A DNA stretch of 64,000 nt from Mobula hypostoma (taxonomy: Eukaryota): contig NC_086097.1 of NCBI RefSeq assembly GCF_963921235.1, positions 145,826,001 through 145,890,000 of the forward strand. Direction: 5' to 3'. How positions within the stretch are numbered: position 1 is the stretch's first letter; every line of letters begins with the position of its first letter. Position numbers and translations under genes: made by a program. The notes under the pieces are model-generated. The model did not search any database. It was not told where the DNA came from and saw only the letters and a program-made list of their open reading frames with translations. Shown in pieces: positions 36,930-50,600 of this stretch.

Positions 36930-39102
36930 GGACCTGAATGAATACACCATAGTTGTCAGAGACTTCATTAAAACAATTGTAGATGAGTTCGTCCCCTCAA
37001 AATCATTCAGAGTTCCCCTACCAGAAGCCCTGGATGAACCATGAGATCTGGAGGCTGCTGAGGGCCAGATAAGAGGTATTCAAATCTGATGACCAAGAAA
37101 GATACAAGAGCTTCAGGTACAATCTCTTGAAAGCTAGCTCACAGGTGAAGTGGAAATACCAGACTAAACTTGAATCAACAAAGGATGCTCGACAGATGTG
37201 GCAGGGATTGAATACTATTACCTCTCATAAAGTAAAATCAATATACACATTGCTAAGGGTCTCACCTAGACTGTACGTACCAGCTGTGTGGTGAGAAAAG
37301 CACAAAAGCACCTCTTTCGCCTCAGATGACTAAAGAAGAAGTTTGGCATAAGTACCCAAATCCTCAGGACCTTCTACGGAGGCACCATCGAGATTATCCT
37401 GACTGACTGTGTCACCACATGATAAGGGAACTCTCCTACCCTCAATCACAGAGCACTACAGAGAGTGGTATGGACATCTGTGGATGTGAACTGTCCTCTG
37501 TTTAGGGCATTTACTTCAGCAGGTACATAAAAAGGGCCTGGAGGATCACCAGGGACTCCAGCCACCCCAACCACCAACTGCTTTGGCTGCTTCAGTTTGG
37601 CAAACGGTAGCGCGGCATTAAGGCCAGGACCAACAGGCCCTGGAACAGCTTCTTTGACCAGGCCATCAGATTGATCAAAACACATTGATCTGATTGCATA
37701 TCTGACTGTACATTGTATCTGACTGTACATACATGTATACAATCCTAGTGTTTGGGCAATATCCCCCCACATTTCCCTTCCTTATTGCTTGCAATAGTGA
37801 TGGAGATGCAACATAAAGATTTTTACTCCCTCATGTTGTGAGATGGGTGTAAGAAATAAAATTTTAATTCTAATTCTAAAAACAATCAATTGACATAGGC
37901 AACACCAAGGCTTTGCTTCCGGATGAGCTCAATGCCTTCTATGCTCGCTTTGACCATCAAAATATGGAGGAACCATCATGAACTCCCGCAGCCCCTGATG
38001 ATCCTGTATTTTCAGCCTCTGAGGCTGATGTGCAAGCAGTATTCAGGAGGGTGAACCCACAAAAAGCATTTGGCCCAGACCCAGATGGAGTACATGGTGA
38101 AGTATGTAAGGTCTGTGCTGATCAACTGGCTGGAGAGTTCACCGAAATCTTTACTCTTTTGCTTCAGCAGTCTGAGGTACCCACCTACTTCAAACAGACT
38201 TCACTTGTGCCAGTGCCCAAGAAGAAAATGGTAACCTACATCAATGACTTTCGTCTAGAAGCAATTACATCCACAGCAATGACACGTTTCGAGAGGTTGG
38301 TGATGAAACATATCAACTCCTGTGCGAGAGGTGAGCAATAGGCCCACAGCGGATGCCATCTCATTGGGTCTTCACTCAACCCTGGAACTTCTGAACGACA
38401 AAGATGCTTACATCAGGAAATTCTTTATCAACTACAGCTCACCATTCAATGCCAGCATCCCCTTAAAACTAATCAATAAGCTTCAAGCTCCTTGTGCAAT
38501 CGGATGCTCGATTTCCTCATTTGGAGACCCCAGTCAATTCGGATTGACAACAACATCTCCTCCACAATCTCCATCAGGTGCACCTCAAGGCTGTGTGCTT
38601 AGTCACCTGCTCTACTCGCTTGACATTTAGGACTGTGTACCCAAGCACAGCTCTGATGTCATAATCACTTTTCTAGATGATACCACTGTCATAAACCAAA
38701 TCAGCAGTGGTGATGAATCTGCATATAGGAGGAAGGTTGAAAATCTGGCTGAGTGCTGCCACAACAATGAACTCTTACTCAATGTCAGCAAGACCAAGGG
38801 GCTGATTATTCACTTCAGGTGGAGGAAACCAGAGGTCCACGAGCCAGTCCTCATTGAAGGATCAGAAGTGGAGAAGGGTCAGCAACTTCAGACTCCCCAG
38901 TGCCTGTTCTGGGCAATTATAAAGAAAGCACGGCAGCAGCTTCCCTTCCTTAGGAGTTTGCAAAGATTCAGTATGACATCTAAAACGGAGACAGATTGTG
39001 GTGGAGAGTATATTGTCTGGTTGTATCACAGCCTGGTATGGAAACACCAATGCCCTTGAATGGAAACGCCTGCAAAAAGTAGTGGTTACGGCCCAGTCCA
39101 TC
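36930..39102 (+). mobile_element. Rex1/Babar LINE RT region, with a second Rex1 3' fragment (~37245-37877) inserted
   Basis: VNPQKAFGPD..CADQLAG..PTYFKQ..VPVPKK; DAISLGLH..GAPQGCVLSHLLYSL. The inner element ends aataaa..(aattct)n. Confidence 0.88.
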
Positions 39103-41790
39103 AGAATCAGGATCAGGTTTATTATCACCAGCATTTGACGTGAAATTTGTTAACTTAGCAGCAGCAGTTCAATGCAATACATAATATAGAGACAGAAAAA
39201 AAATTTTAAAAAATAAGTAAGTAAATCAATTACAGTATGCATATATTGAATAGATTTTAAAAAGTGCAAAAAACAGGAATACTGTATATTTCAGAAAGTG
39301 AGGTAGTGTCCAAAGGTTCAATGTCCATTTAGGAATCAGATGGCAGAGGGGAAGAAGCTGTTCCTGAATCACTGAGTGTGTGCCTTCAGGCTTCTGTACC
39401 TCCTACCTGATGGTAACAGTGAGAAAAGGACATGCCCTGGGTGCTGGAGGTCCTTAATAATGGACGCTTCCTGAAGATGTCCTGGGTACTTTGTAGGCTA
39501 GTACCCAAGATGGAGCTGACTAGATTTACAACCCTCTGCAACTTCTTTTGCTCTGCAGCAAAAGTTTTTATAAATATATAAAGCGGAAGAGGGTGGCTAA
39601 AGTCAACGTAGGTCCCTTGGAAGACGAGAAGGGGAAATTGATATTGGGTGATAAGGAAATGGCTGAGGCATTGAACAACTATTTTGTGTCGGTCTTCACG
39701 GTGGAGGACATGTCTAATATGCCAAAGAAAGATGTTATTCCCTGAATGGGAGGTGAGGACCTCGATAAAATCACTGTCACTAAAGAGATAGTGATGAGCA
39801 AGCTAGAAGGCCTGAAGGTAGATAAGTCCCCTGGTCCTGATTGGATGCATCACAGGGTGTTGAAGGAATTGGTGGAGGTTATAGTAGTTGCATTGGTAAT
39901 CATCTAACAAAACTCTCTAGACTCTGGTCAGGTCCTGGCGGGCTGGAAGACAGCAAATGTCACGCCACTTTTTATAAAAGGATGTAGGCAAAAGACTGGC
40001 AACTATAGGCCAGTTAATTTAATATCTGTAGTCGGGAAAATGCTTGAAGCTGTCATTAAGGAAGAAATAGCAAAACATTTAGAAAGGAGTGGTTCCATTA
40101 GATAGATGCAGCGTAGATTCAGAAAGGGCAGGTCTTATTTGACAAACTTACTGGAGTTCTTTGAGGACATAACGAGTGCAGTGGATGGAGGGGAACAGGT
40201 GGATGTCGTATACTTGGATTTCCAGAAGGCATTCGATAAGGTGCCGCACAAGAGACTTATAAATAAGATATGGATGCATGGAGTCAGAGGAAGTGTATTG
40301 GCATGGATAGTGGATTGGTTAACCAATAGAAGGCAGAAAGTTGGTATAACTGGGTATTTCTCTAGTTGGCAGTCAGTGGTGAGTGGGGTGCTGCAGGGGT
40401 CGGTGCTGAGCCCGCAGCTGTTTACCATTTACATTGATGACTTGGAAGAGGGGACTGAGTATAGTGTAGCAAAATTTGCTGATGATGCTAAACTGAGTGG
40501 AAAAGCAAATTGTACAGAGGATGTGGAAAGTCTGCAGAGGGATATAGATAGGTTAAGTGAGTGGGCCAAGGTCTGGCAGATGGAATACAACATTGGTAGA
40601 TGCGAGATCATCCACTTTGGAAGGAATAATAGAAGAGCAGATTATTATTTAAATGGTGAAGGATTACAGCATGCTGTTGTGCATAGGGATTTGGGAGTGC
40701 TTGTGCATGAATCTCAAAATGTTGGCTTGCAGGTACAACAGGTTATTAAGAAGGCCAATGGAATGTTGGCTTTCATTGCTAGAGGGATTGAATTCAAGAG
40801 CAGGGAAGTCATGCTGAAACTATACAGGGTACTGGTGAGGTTGCACCTGGAGTACTGTGTGCAGTTCTGGTCTCCATACTTGAGGAAGGATATACTAGCT
40901 TTGCAGGCAGTACAGATGAGGTTCACCAGGTTAATTCCAGGGACGAAGGGGTTAACCTGTGAGGAGAATTGAGTCACCTGGGACTATACTCTCTGGAGTT
41001 CAGAAGAATGAGAGGGGTTCTTATAGAAACTTACAACATTTTGAAAGGGATAGATAAGATAGAAGTAGGAAAGTTGTTTCCATTGGTAGGTGAGACTAGA
41101 ACTAGGGGACATTGCCTCAAGATTCAGGGGGGAAGATTTAGGATGGAGATGAGGAGAAACTGTTTTTCCCAGGGAGTACTGAATCTGTGGAATTCTCTGC
41201 CCAGGGAAGCAGTTGAGGCTTCTTCACTAAATATATTTAAGAAACAGTTAGACAGGTTTTTATTTAGTAAGGGAATTAAGGGTTATGGGAAAAAGGCAGG
41301 TAGATGGAGCTGAGTTTACAGACAGATCAGCCATGATCTTATTGAATGGCGGGGCAGTCTCGATGGGCTGGATGGCCTACTCCTGCAACTATTTCTTATG
41401 TTCTTATGTTCTTTCGGTCCTGTGCAATAGCTCCCCCATTCCAGACTGTGATGTCAGGATGCTCTCCACACTACATCTACAGAAATTTTTGAGTGTATTT
41501 GTTGACATGCCAAAACTCTTCAAACTCATAATGAAGTATAGCCGCTGTCTTGCTTTCTTTATAACTACCTCTGTATGTTGGGACCAGGTTAGATACTGAG
41601 AGATCTTGACACCCAGGAACTTGAAGCTGCTCACTCTCTCCATTTTTGATCCTTCTATGAGGATTGGTATGTGTTCCTTCGTCTTACCCTTCCTGAAGTC
41701 CACGATCAGCTCTTTCGTCTTACTGACGTTGAGTGCCAGCTTGTTGCTGCAGCACCATTCCACTAGTTGGCATATCTCACTCCTGTACGG
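39103..41790 (-). mobile_element. Rex1/Babar LINE split by CR1 (39103-39549 and 41409-41790)
   Basis: agaatcaggatcaggtttattatc tail; ORF 41404..41763(-) LALNVSKTKELIVDFRK..FKFLGV; ttcttt at both junctions. Confidence 0.88.
39557..41408 (+). mobile_element. Young 5'-truncated CR1 LINE with an open RT domain
   Basis: ORF 40106..40972 (288 aa) YLDFQKAFDKVPH..SGVLQGSVL..AKFADDAKL; (ttcttatg)n tail. Confidence 0.95.
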
Positions 41791-41937
41791 TCACCCATCT
41801 TGTAAATACACTGCCCAGAAGAAAGCAATGATGGGCTATTTCTGTAGAAAAAAATTTCCAGAACAATCATGGTCATGGATAGATGGAAGGCCATGATTGT
41901 CCATGTCATACAACATGGCACGTAATGATGGCAATGA
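41791..41937 (+). mobile_element. SINE 3' end with an RTE-type tail
   Basis: gaagaaagcaatg..ttctgtagaaaaaa..catggtcatgga resembles the recalled RTE-partner tail gaggaaggcaatggcaaaccac. Confidence 0.45.
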
Positions 41938-42366
41938 CTGTGACATCAATAAGACCAATTGCAAGTAAGTATAGCATTCCAATATATCCAATGAGCCATT
42001 GCCCTCTGGTGATATACTGAATCTGTAGTTTTGATGCACTGTTCAAAGAAAGAATATCTGCAAATGATTTAACAGGGTGTGGCCAATTTTGCATTTGGTA
42101 TGTCTTAACCCTTTATTCGGTAAACTGCTGGTATGCAACTGGTAGCAGTGCCCTCAAGGTAGGGAACGGCCAATGAATGAGGTGTGCATAAGTGGTTCTT
42201 AGGGAGCATCAGGTACAGTCCTGACATCAAAATACCATGCTTCTTGGTCTTCTGTGTTGGTAGATTCAGAAATTCTTTGCTGCCATGAGCTCTATCATTT
42301 GTGACCATTGCACTTCACAAACTTTTATAAGTGAGCTGTTAAACTGAAGTATTCGTTTTCTGGTAG

Positions 42367-42500
42367 GGTACATACGAAGGAACAGAACAGCTCAAACACC
42401 CTAACTATCACATCAACTATTGTATCACTTCTGCAAGGTATCCGAGGTTTTACCTGCTGGCATTTTATGACCAGGAGGAGAAATGGATATATACACCAAA
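42367..42500 (+). CDS. Candidate 134-nt internal exon, host gene unidentified
   Basis: Acceptor attcgttttctggtag|, consensus donor AAA|gtaagt, unique sequence; open frame GTYEGTEQLKHPNYHINYCITSARYPRFYLLAFYDQEEKWIYTP. A second frame is also open. Confidence 0.5.
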
Positions 42501-42724
42501 GTAAGTTTCCTAATTTCCTCGCTACATAATAGAAGCTCAAAATTCATTAAATTCAATCCCATTTTCAACATCCACTTTGGTAGCAAGGTCTGAAGTCACT
42601 AAGTTTTCCATTCCCCGTAACAAACGATCCTTTTCCTATCAAGAGGAAAAGGTAAGGTGCTACATTGCACATTTTTATAATTTACTATAATTATGCCAAT
42701 TGATGTGTATTGAGAATCAAATAA

Positions 42725-43455
42725 AGGTCACGGAGGACAATAGCACTGAAACTGGCTCTTGGGCCAATGTAGTCCTGACTGAATTATTATTCTGCCTAGT
42801 CCTATCAACCTGCACCTGGACCATAGATCCCCCATTTACCAAAACTTATGCACTTCTCTAAACTTCCCTTCAATATTGAAATCGAACCCCTATCCATCAC
42901 TTATGCTGGCAACTCACTGATGGTGAAGTTCCCCTTAAATATTTCAGCTTTCACCCTTAACCTGTAACTTCTATTTCTAGTCTCATCGAACCTCAGGGGG
43001 AAAAAGCCTGTTTGCATTTGCCTTATCTCTACCCATCATAATTTTGTATACCTCTATCAAATCTCCCCTTATTATCCTACTCTCTAGGAAGTAAACTCCT
43101 AACCTATTCAACCTTTCCCTATAACTTAGCTCCTCAAGTCCTGGCAAAATCCTTGTAAATTTTCTCTGCACTCTTTCAAACTTATCGATATCAATCATAT
43201 TGGTAGATGATCAGAACTGCACACAATACTCCACATTACTCTAATCATACTCTTATACAACTTCAGCATAACATCCCAACTCCTGTACGCAGTACTTTGA
43301 TTCATGAATGGCAATGTGCCAAAATCTCTCTGCACGAACCTATCTATCTGTGACGCCACTTTCAAAGAATTATTGATCTGTAATTTTAGATCACTCTGTT
43401 CTACTGCACTCTTCAATGCCCTGCCATTTACTGTATAAGTTATACCCTGGTTTGT
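42725..43455 (-). mobile_element. CR1 LINE 3' fragment
   Basis: ERVQRKFTRILPGLEELSYRERLNRLG..RGDLIEVYKIM. Confidence 0.85.
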
Positions 43456-43688
43456 CCTCCCAAATTGCAACATCTGATGCAAAATAAGTGGTAGAGCCTA
43501 AGGAAATAATGAGGAACAAAGTGTCCTCGGTATACAAGTCCAAGGATTCCTGATGGTGGCTTTACAGGCAGATGGGGGGGGGGGTGAAAAAGACAAGGAA
43601 TACAGAATTAGGGCATCAGACATCATTAGGCACAGAACAAATGTGCATTGATTAGGCTAAAGTTAGAGTTCTATATGAAGTTCTCGTC

Positions 43689-44702
43689 ACAATCTCCATC
43701 AGCACAGGTGCTCTACAGGGACGTATGCTTAGTCCTCTACTCTACTCGCTTTACACCTATGACTGTGTACAGCTCCAATACCACAACACCACTGTTGTGG
43801 ACTGAATCAAAGATGGTGACGAATCAGCTTAGAGGACGGAGATTGAAAATTTGGCTGAGTGGTGTAGTAACAACAACATGTCACTCAAAGTCAGCAAGAC
43901 CAAGGAACTGATTGTAGACTTCAGGAGAGGGAACCTAGGGGCTCATGGGCCAGTACTCAGGATCAGAGACGGAGAGGATCATTATCTTTAAATTCTTCTG
44001 TCACTATCACAGAAGACTTGTCCTGGACCCATCATATAAATATAATTGCAAAGAAAACACAGCAGCCCCTCTACTTTGTTAGGAATCTGCAGAGATTCAA
44101 CATGTCACCAAAAATCTTGACAAACTTTTATAGATGTGTGGTGGAAAGTGTATTGACTGGCTGCATTACAGCCTGGTATGGGAATACTAATGACTTTGAG
44201 CAGAAAATCCTACAAAAGGTGGTGGAGTTGGCCCAGACATTACAGGTAAAGCCCTCCCAACCATTGAGCACATCTACATGAAACGTTGCTATAGAAAAGC
44301 AGCATCTATTAAAAAAGATCCCCTCCACCCAGGCCATGCTCTTTTCTCACTGCTGCCATCAGGTAGAAGGTACAAACACCTCAGGACTCGTACCACCAAG
44401 TTCAAGAACAGTTACTACCGCTCAACCATCAGGCTCTTGAACAAAAGAGGATAACTACACATTCTATTTCTGGTGTTCCCACAAATGATGGTCTCACTTT
44501 AAAGACTCTTTACCTTATCATTTCATGATTTCATTATTTATTGCTATTTATTTATATTTGCATTTGCAGTTTTGTTGTTCATTGTTTCTGTTTACAGTTA
44601 CTGTTCTATAGATTTGCTAAGTATTCCTGCAGGAAAAAGAATCTCAGCGTGGTATATGGTGACATGTATGTACTCTGATAATAAATTTTACTTAGACTTT
44701 GA
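43689..44702 (+). mobile_element. Rex1/Babar LINE 3' fragment
   Basis: LTNFYRCVVESVLTGCITAWYGN; aataaa..gactttgac tail. Confidence 0.88.
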
Positions 44703-44784
44703 CTAAAGTTGGAACTCTGTATGTAGCCTGGTCATTACACTATAGAATGACATGATTGCACTGGAGGAGGCTGAGGGGGAACCT

Positions 44785-44943
44785 TTTAGATTATGAGGAC
44801 ACGCAGTCCTCTTTTATTGTCATTTAGTAATGCATGCATTAAGAAATAATACAATGTTCCTCCGGAATGATATCACAGAAACACAAGACAAACCAAGACT
44901 AAAAAAAACTGACAAAAACCACATAATTATAACATATAGTTAC
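44785..44943 (-). mobile_element. 3' fragment of the retroposon at 29854-30489
   Basis: Reverse complement of ~30335-30489; aacct at both junctions (44780-44784 / 44944-44948). Confidence 0.8.
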
Positions 44944-45054
44944 AACCTGATAGATGTGTTCAAAATTACGAAGGGCTCATGTGGAATAGATAGTAGGAAG
45001 CATTCTCCATAGCAGTGGAATCTAAATACAGAGGGCATACAGGTAGGCTTAGCA

Positions 45055-47093
45055 CAGTGATTCTCCAAAGAGATGGTTACATGCACTTAGGTGGGGTTAG
45101 GGAAAATAGAGGTTGTCAGGGGGGCATTCAGGATTCTTGGGAGGGGGTGGTAAGTGGCACCCTAACTTGAGGCACTAAACCTGACCAATTGTTAGTAGAG
45201 CAGGCACTTACAAAAAAATAAGGATGAGGCCCTGGAACACAGGGAGAACCATATCTCTGCAAGTGGTGAGCACTCATCACAATGCTCCTGAAACTCAGCA
45301 ATCTCATCTGACCTTACCAACCAAACTGACATTATTGGAGATGCATGAATTTAGCACCCAGGGTGCCCAACATCTCCCCTTGACTTGCGGCACAGAACGA
45401 GTTCATGCAATTTAACAGTTGGTAAGTCAAGTACACCTTCTCAACTTTCTCTACAGATCTATGGAAAACAGGTCACTCAATGATATGGCGCTGATCAGAA
45501 CCAAACGATGAAGCCTTGAATTCTAACGCTGCTAAGAAACAGAAAGTGCATCAATACAATGGTACGTACTTGGAATATGGTTTTATTCAATTCCCATCAT
45601 AGTGCCCCATGTGCCTTATTTGTAATACTGTACTGTCTAATGAAGCCTTGAAGCCATCAAGATTGCAGGAACACTTTCGTAGAAGACACCCTGAAAATGT
45701 TACTTATGGTATTATTCAGTTCCAGAAGCATATAAAGTGTTGTACACTCGAGTCATTTGCCAAGAAAACTAAAAATAACCTTGATCGTGGTCTCATTGCT
45801 TCTTATAACATTTTCAAAATGATAGGAAAGTGTGGAAAATCTCATACAATTGGTGAAAGATTAATATTGCCTGCTGTATCAGATGTGCTCACCACTGTTC
45901 TCAAAATGGATACCTGTATTTTAAAATCAATTCCTCTGAGTAATAATTCTGTGGCTTGTCATATTGATGAAATGAGTGAAGATGCTGAGTATCAACTGAA
46001 CACAGAACTACAAAAAACAAAATTTAGGATACAACTGGATGAATCAATGAGACTTTGCTAATGACATATGTACGGTTTATCAAAAATGGAAAGTTTATGA
46101 AGAGATTCTCTTTAGTAAAAAGTTAAAAACAAATATCAAAGGAGTATCAATCTACGATGAGCTCAAAATGTATATTGAGGATAAAAGTATTCTGATTAGG
46201 AACATGATTTATTGTGCAACAGATAGAGCATCATGGGTTTAGAGGCATTTATGAAAAAAGAAATTCCAAGTTTGTTTGCAATCCATTGTGTAATTCATCA
46301 TCAACATCTCGCAGCCAAAAACCTCAGCCAGCCAGCGACTTTTTTCAAGCATGGCTCTTGTGATATCTGCTATCAACAAAAATAAAGCTCATCCATTAAA
46401 TAGCAGAATATTTCACCAGTTACACCAAAATAATGATGAAGAGTTTGAACGCTTGCTTCTTCACACTGAAGTGGATTGGCTGTCAAAAGGCTGCTATTTA
46501 AAACGTTTCTTTGATCTTTTTGACACTCTGGTTGAAATTTTGCTCAAAGTCAACAAGAGCTGGGGAACCAAGACTGAACTTCTACATGGAGATGTGGCAT
46601 ACCTAGCCGATCTGTAAAATAAACATTCTGTCATTTCCTGGTCTTTAGAGAAGAGCCAAACTGCTCTTCATTGCATTTCCATCCTCCTACCTTATTGAAA
46701 GAGGCTTCAGTGTAGTAAACCATATACTCACAAAAAAACAGAAACCAGTTGGACATTGTTACGCATGGGGACTTAAAGCTTTTGTTCTCACAACTTGAAC
46801 CAGATATTTCAACTCTTCCTAAAACCATCAAGCTCAGGAATCACATTGATATCGAAACTGTTGTACAGCGCACAGGTACTGTGTAAGCTTGGTTTAAAGA
46901 CAAATAAGAATTTAAAGCAGAATCGTTTTTCTCATGTTAGCATTTGGTAGACATGTTTTTACACTATGGCGATGCCAGAAAGTATATTGTGCCTCAGAGG
47001 GGCATTGGCAAGTATGAATGTGCTTTAAGAGTCATTGGCAAGTATGAAAGAGATTAAGGGGAGCGTTGGGCTAAAAAAGGTTGGAAAACACTG
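45055..47093 (+). mobile_element. Decayed hAT transposon, Buster/Charlie (ZBED5/SCAND3-like) group
   Basis: TIR cagtgattctccaa / ttggaaaacactg; 8-bp TSD gcttagca / gtttagca (central TA); BED finger CLICNTVLSNEALKPSRLQEH; IQLDES, IHCVIH, LLLHTEVDWLSKG; stops and frameshifts. Confidence 0.92.
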
Positions 47094-49412
47094 GTTTAGC
47101 ATAACAGATATGTTGTTTTGAAGGAACTACAGGAAGAACCAAGACTATGGTTGGAATCCGAATGCACAGCCTGAGTGGATGATGGAAGCAGGTATTCTCA
47201 TTGTAGAAGTATCGAGACAAGCACTTGTACTACCAGTTCATAGAAGGCAATGGATCAAGTGTTGGTTAATGGGATTACTATAGATTTTATACTAGACATG
47301 GACATGGAGGCTGAAGAACCAGTCTCTGAGCTGTATGACTCCATGGCCCTATGGCTTTTCTATGTTATACACCCAACAAAAGATACCTGCGCCAATGATT
47401 ATGGTGAAACATTTCCCCATTGATAGATAATGTTTGTGCAGAGTAAACATTTTATCAAGGGAATTTGGAAAGAATGGTAGAGTCTAATGTGTTATTTTTG
47501 CAACTAGGCATCCAAGTGGATTCTAGTCTCAGTGTAAAGCTTGAACCATCTTATGGTTCTTTACACAAAATTGGGAGCAAATTTGTACCATGACCAATCT
47601 GGAACAATCAGATGCATCAAAATCACTCTTGCAAGGCAAGGGTGAAAGGTAGAGTGCTGGCTGAAACTCTGGGATGTAGGCAGCCAACCTGACACTACTA
47701 TAGGCCTTCTTTCCAGATAACACTTACATTTTATTTATCCTTTTTGTTGATTTTAGCAATTGTCTAATTGCCAAAGTCACGTAATCAGAATCAATTTGTA
47801 ACCTCTTCTGCTATCAGTTTTAAATCTGGCATCAAATCTATAAGTGTGCAATTGCAGAAACTGAATCAACAATTCCTGTGAGCATTTAAAGCTTCAATAA
47901 AATTCAGGTGGATAGCTTTCCAAATCAAAAAATAATTACGAGTGAGTTTCTGTCCATTTGTAATGCCTAATCCATGATACGTGTGAAAAGATTTCAATTT
48001 TTGGGCCTGGACCTTGAGTTACAAGCATTACCAACACGTCAAACAGGAAGATTGATTATATCTAATGATATGTTAATATGTGAATAACATGCTGTAAAAT
48101 TAATCCTTTCTATCTTTGATATTTATCAAGGCTGAAAGGTGATATAACAACCTGTTGTGTTGAAATTGAAACCTAGAATTTATAGGCAATGATATCAGTA
48201 GAAAATCCTCCAACATATTAATAAAACATGCATATTTGAAAACTTTAAAATAACAGGAAAGAAAATGCTACATGAATGAGTTCAGCATTCATTTACATGC
48301 ATTAACAGGAATTATATTTGTGGTCAAATTTCTTAATGTAACCGCATATGGCATTTGACTTGCAGACATATATCAGCACATCTGACAATGTACTGTGGAT
48401 CCAGTAATGTTTCTAGTTTGCATATTTGCCATTCACCAAGGTTATGCAAGAAATGCCTAGCAGGCTTCCATCTCATTATAGATCCTTCCTGTAACCCTGC
48501 CTCCTAAATGCATTGAAGGGAGTGTTCACAAATCCCTTCTGCCTTGGCTAAATTCTCCAACCAGTCACTGGGAGTACCAAAGCTATTCCTCATCACAAAC
48601 TTCATTTCCTTTCTATCAGCCTCAGTCATCACCCTACAACTATTTAAACATTTTCCCATTCTTGATCTCATTGGCCCCATGTAAGCTTTTTACCATATAT
48701 TCTCACAATCATTAAGACTGTTCACTTACACCTCAGTAATATTACTTGACTTTGTCCTAGTTTATTTCAACAGCTGCTGAAATTTCATCCACATTTCCTG
48801 GACTTGACAATTCCAAAACCTCATGCTTCTTCCCTGCTGCTATTAGGTTCCTGAATTAATCCGAAAATTCTTATACTACCTCAGATTATATTTCCTACAA
48901 CTTGTATTGATGTTGTTGTGTTTATTTTTGTTTATTTTTTTGTGTAGATTTGTATATGTTATTTGATTTATGCTTTCATGTTTGTTATGTACTGGACTGC
49001 TGTTACCGAAGGCTAAGCTTCATGGCATGTATTCCCTGGGTTTGCATGTCCACGACAATACAATTGAACATTCTTAGTCTCAGTCCGTTTATTCTCATAA
49101 TTCTGAGGTGATCCAAACGCACACTGTGCCCCAGTCAGGCATTAGTCTTGAAGTCACTTATTAACATTTACAACTGGATAAACAATTGATGATCTTTAAA
49201 TAAATTGCTTTCTCATCTTATGTATCCCCTTCTTAAACTGTTTTGTCTCACTTTCCTCTAAGATTAAAAGCCATTTTCTGGACCAAGCTTTGGACATCTT
49301 GTCTCAGAATTTCATATGAGGTCTCAAGTTGTGTATGACAATCTTCACATCGAACAGTTAGAGATGACCTGTTATTTTCAAGGTGCTAGATAAATGAAGG
49401 TTATTGTTTTTT

Positions 49413-49872
49413 GATTAGGTTAGATTAGATTAGTTTCAACTTTATTGTCATTATGCTGAGTACAGATACAAAGCCAATGAAATGCATTTAGCATCTGACC
49501 AGAAATGCAAAGAATAGTGTTATTTACAAAATAACTGCGAATAAAAAAAGTGCTACAGCACCCAAATATAAAAGTACTGAGACAGTACAATATGGGTGCA
49601 ATACTGCGATGAGAGGTTTAGCAGGGTCACAGCCTCAGGGAAGAAGCTCTTCCTGTGCCTGCTGGTGCAGGAGCGGAGGCTCCTGTAGCGCTTACCGGAT
49701 GGGAGGAGAGTAAAAAGTCCATGGTTAGGGTGAGATGCATCCTCGATAATGCTTTTTGCCCTGCCCAGGCAGCGTTTATGGTAGATGTTCTAAATGGTGG
49801 GCAATTGGGTGCCGACAATCTGCTGGGCAGTTTTCACCACACGCTGGAGTGCTTTGCGGTCCGATACGATAC
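49413..49872 (-). mobile_element. Young Rex1/Babar LINE 3' fragment
   Basis: (gatta)n tail; antisense AKSIIEDASHPNHGLFTLLPSGKRY region. Confidence 0.8.
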
Positions 49873-49969
49873 CAGTGTGATCTGGTTTTTAAAGATGGTG
49901 GGTGTAGGGGTAGAAAAGAATTTGGGGTATAGTTGGGGAGAATGATACGTACTTTTGTTTTCAAAAGAA

Positions 49970-50600
49970 GCACCTTCATTCAGAGCCCTAAACAGCCTTT
50001 CCAGATGAGGCAACACTTCTCTTGCAAATCTGATGGGTGGTCTATTGCATCTGGTGCTCCCAATGTGGCCTCATTTACATTGGTGAGATCCGATGTAAAT
50101 TGGGGAATCGCTTTGTCGAGCACCTCCGCTCCATCTGCTAGAAGTGGAATTTACGGTGGCCAACCATTTTAACTCTCAGGGCAGATGAGCAACACCTCAT
50201 ATTCAGTCTAAGTAGCCCCCAACCTGTTGGCATGAACATTGATTTCTCCTTCCAGTAATTTTTTCCCTCCCTCTTCCCTCCTTTTCTATTCCCACTCTGG
50301 CCTCTTACTTCTTCTCCTCACCTGTCTATCACCTCCCCCAGTGCCCCTCCTTCTTCCCTTTCTCCTGTGGTCCACACTCCTATTAGATTCCTTCTTCTCT
50401 AAACTTGCTCATCTTTCCCACTCACCTGGCTTCACCTATCAGCTTCTAGCTCATCCTCCTTCCCCTCGCCCCACTTTTTTATTCTAGCATCTTTTTCCTT
50501 CCTTTCCATTCCCGAAGAATTCTGGGTCTCGGCCCAGAACATTGACTATCTATTCATTTCTATAGATGCTGCCTGATCAGCTGCGGTTCTCCAGTAATTG
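49970..50600 (+). mobile_element. Penelope-like 3' fragment (GIY-YIG plus degenerate terminal repeat)
   Basis: Homologous to 26185-26900; ggtctcggccc stem at 50525-50535. Confidence 0.8.

Larger units (their letters stand above)
43460..47352 (+). mobile_element. Old CR1 3' fragment interrupted by three later insertions
   Basis: Collinear pieces 43460-43688, 44703-44784, 44944-45054 and 47094-47352, ending ctgtatgactccatggccctatg. Confidence 0.7.

Noticed and set aside
40106..40972. 288-aa reverse transcriptase ORF as a host gene or retron-like system
   Set aside because: It is part of a 5'-truncated CR1 with a frameshifted C-terminus and a CR1 tail, inserted inside a Rex1 element.
45609..46617. 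Functional ZBED5/SCAND3-like gene
   Set aside because: Multiple stops and frameshifts; bounded by TIRs and a TSD.
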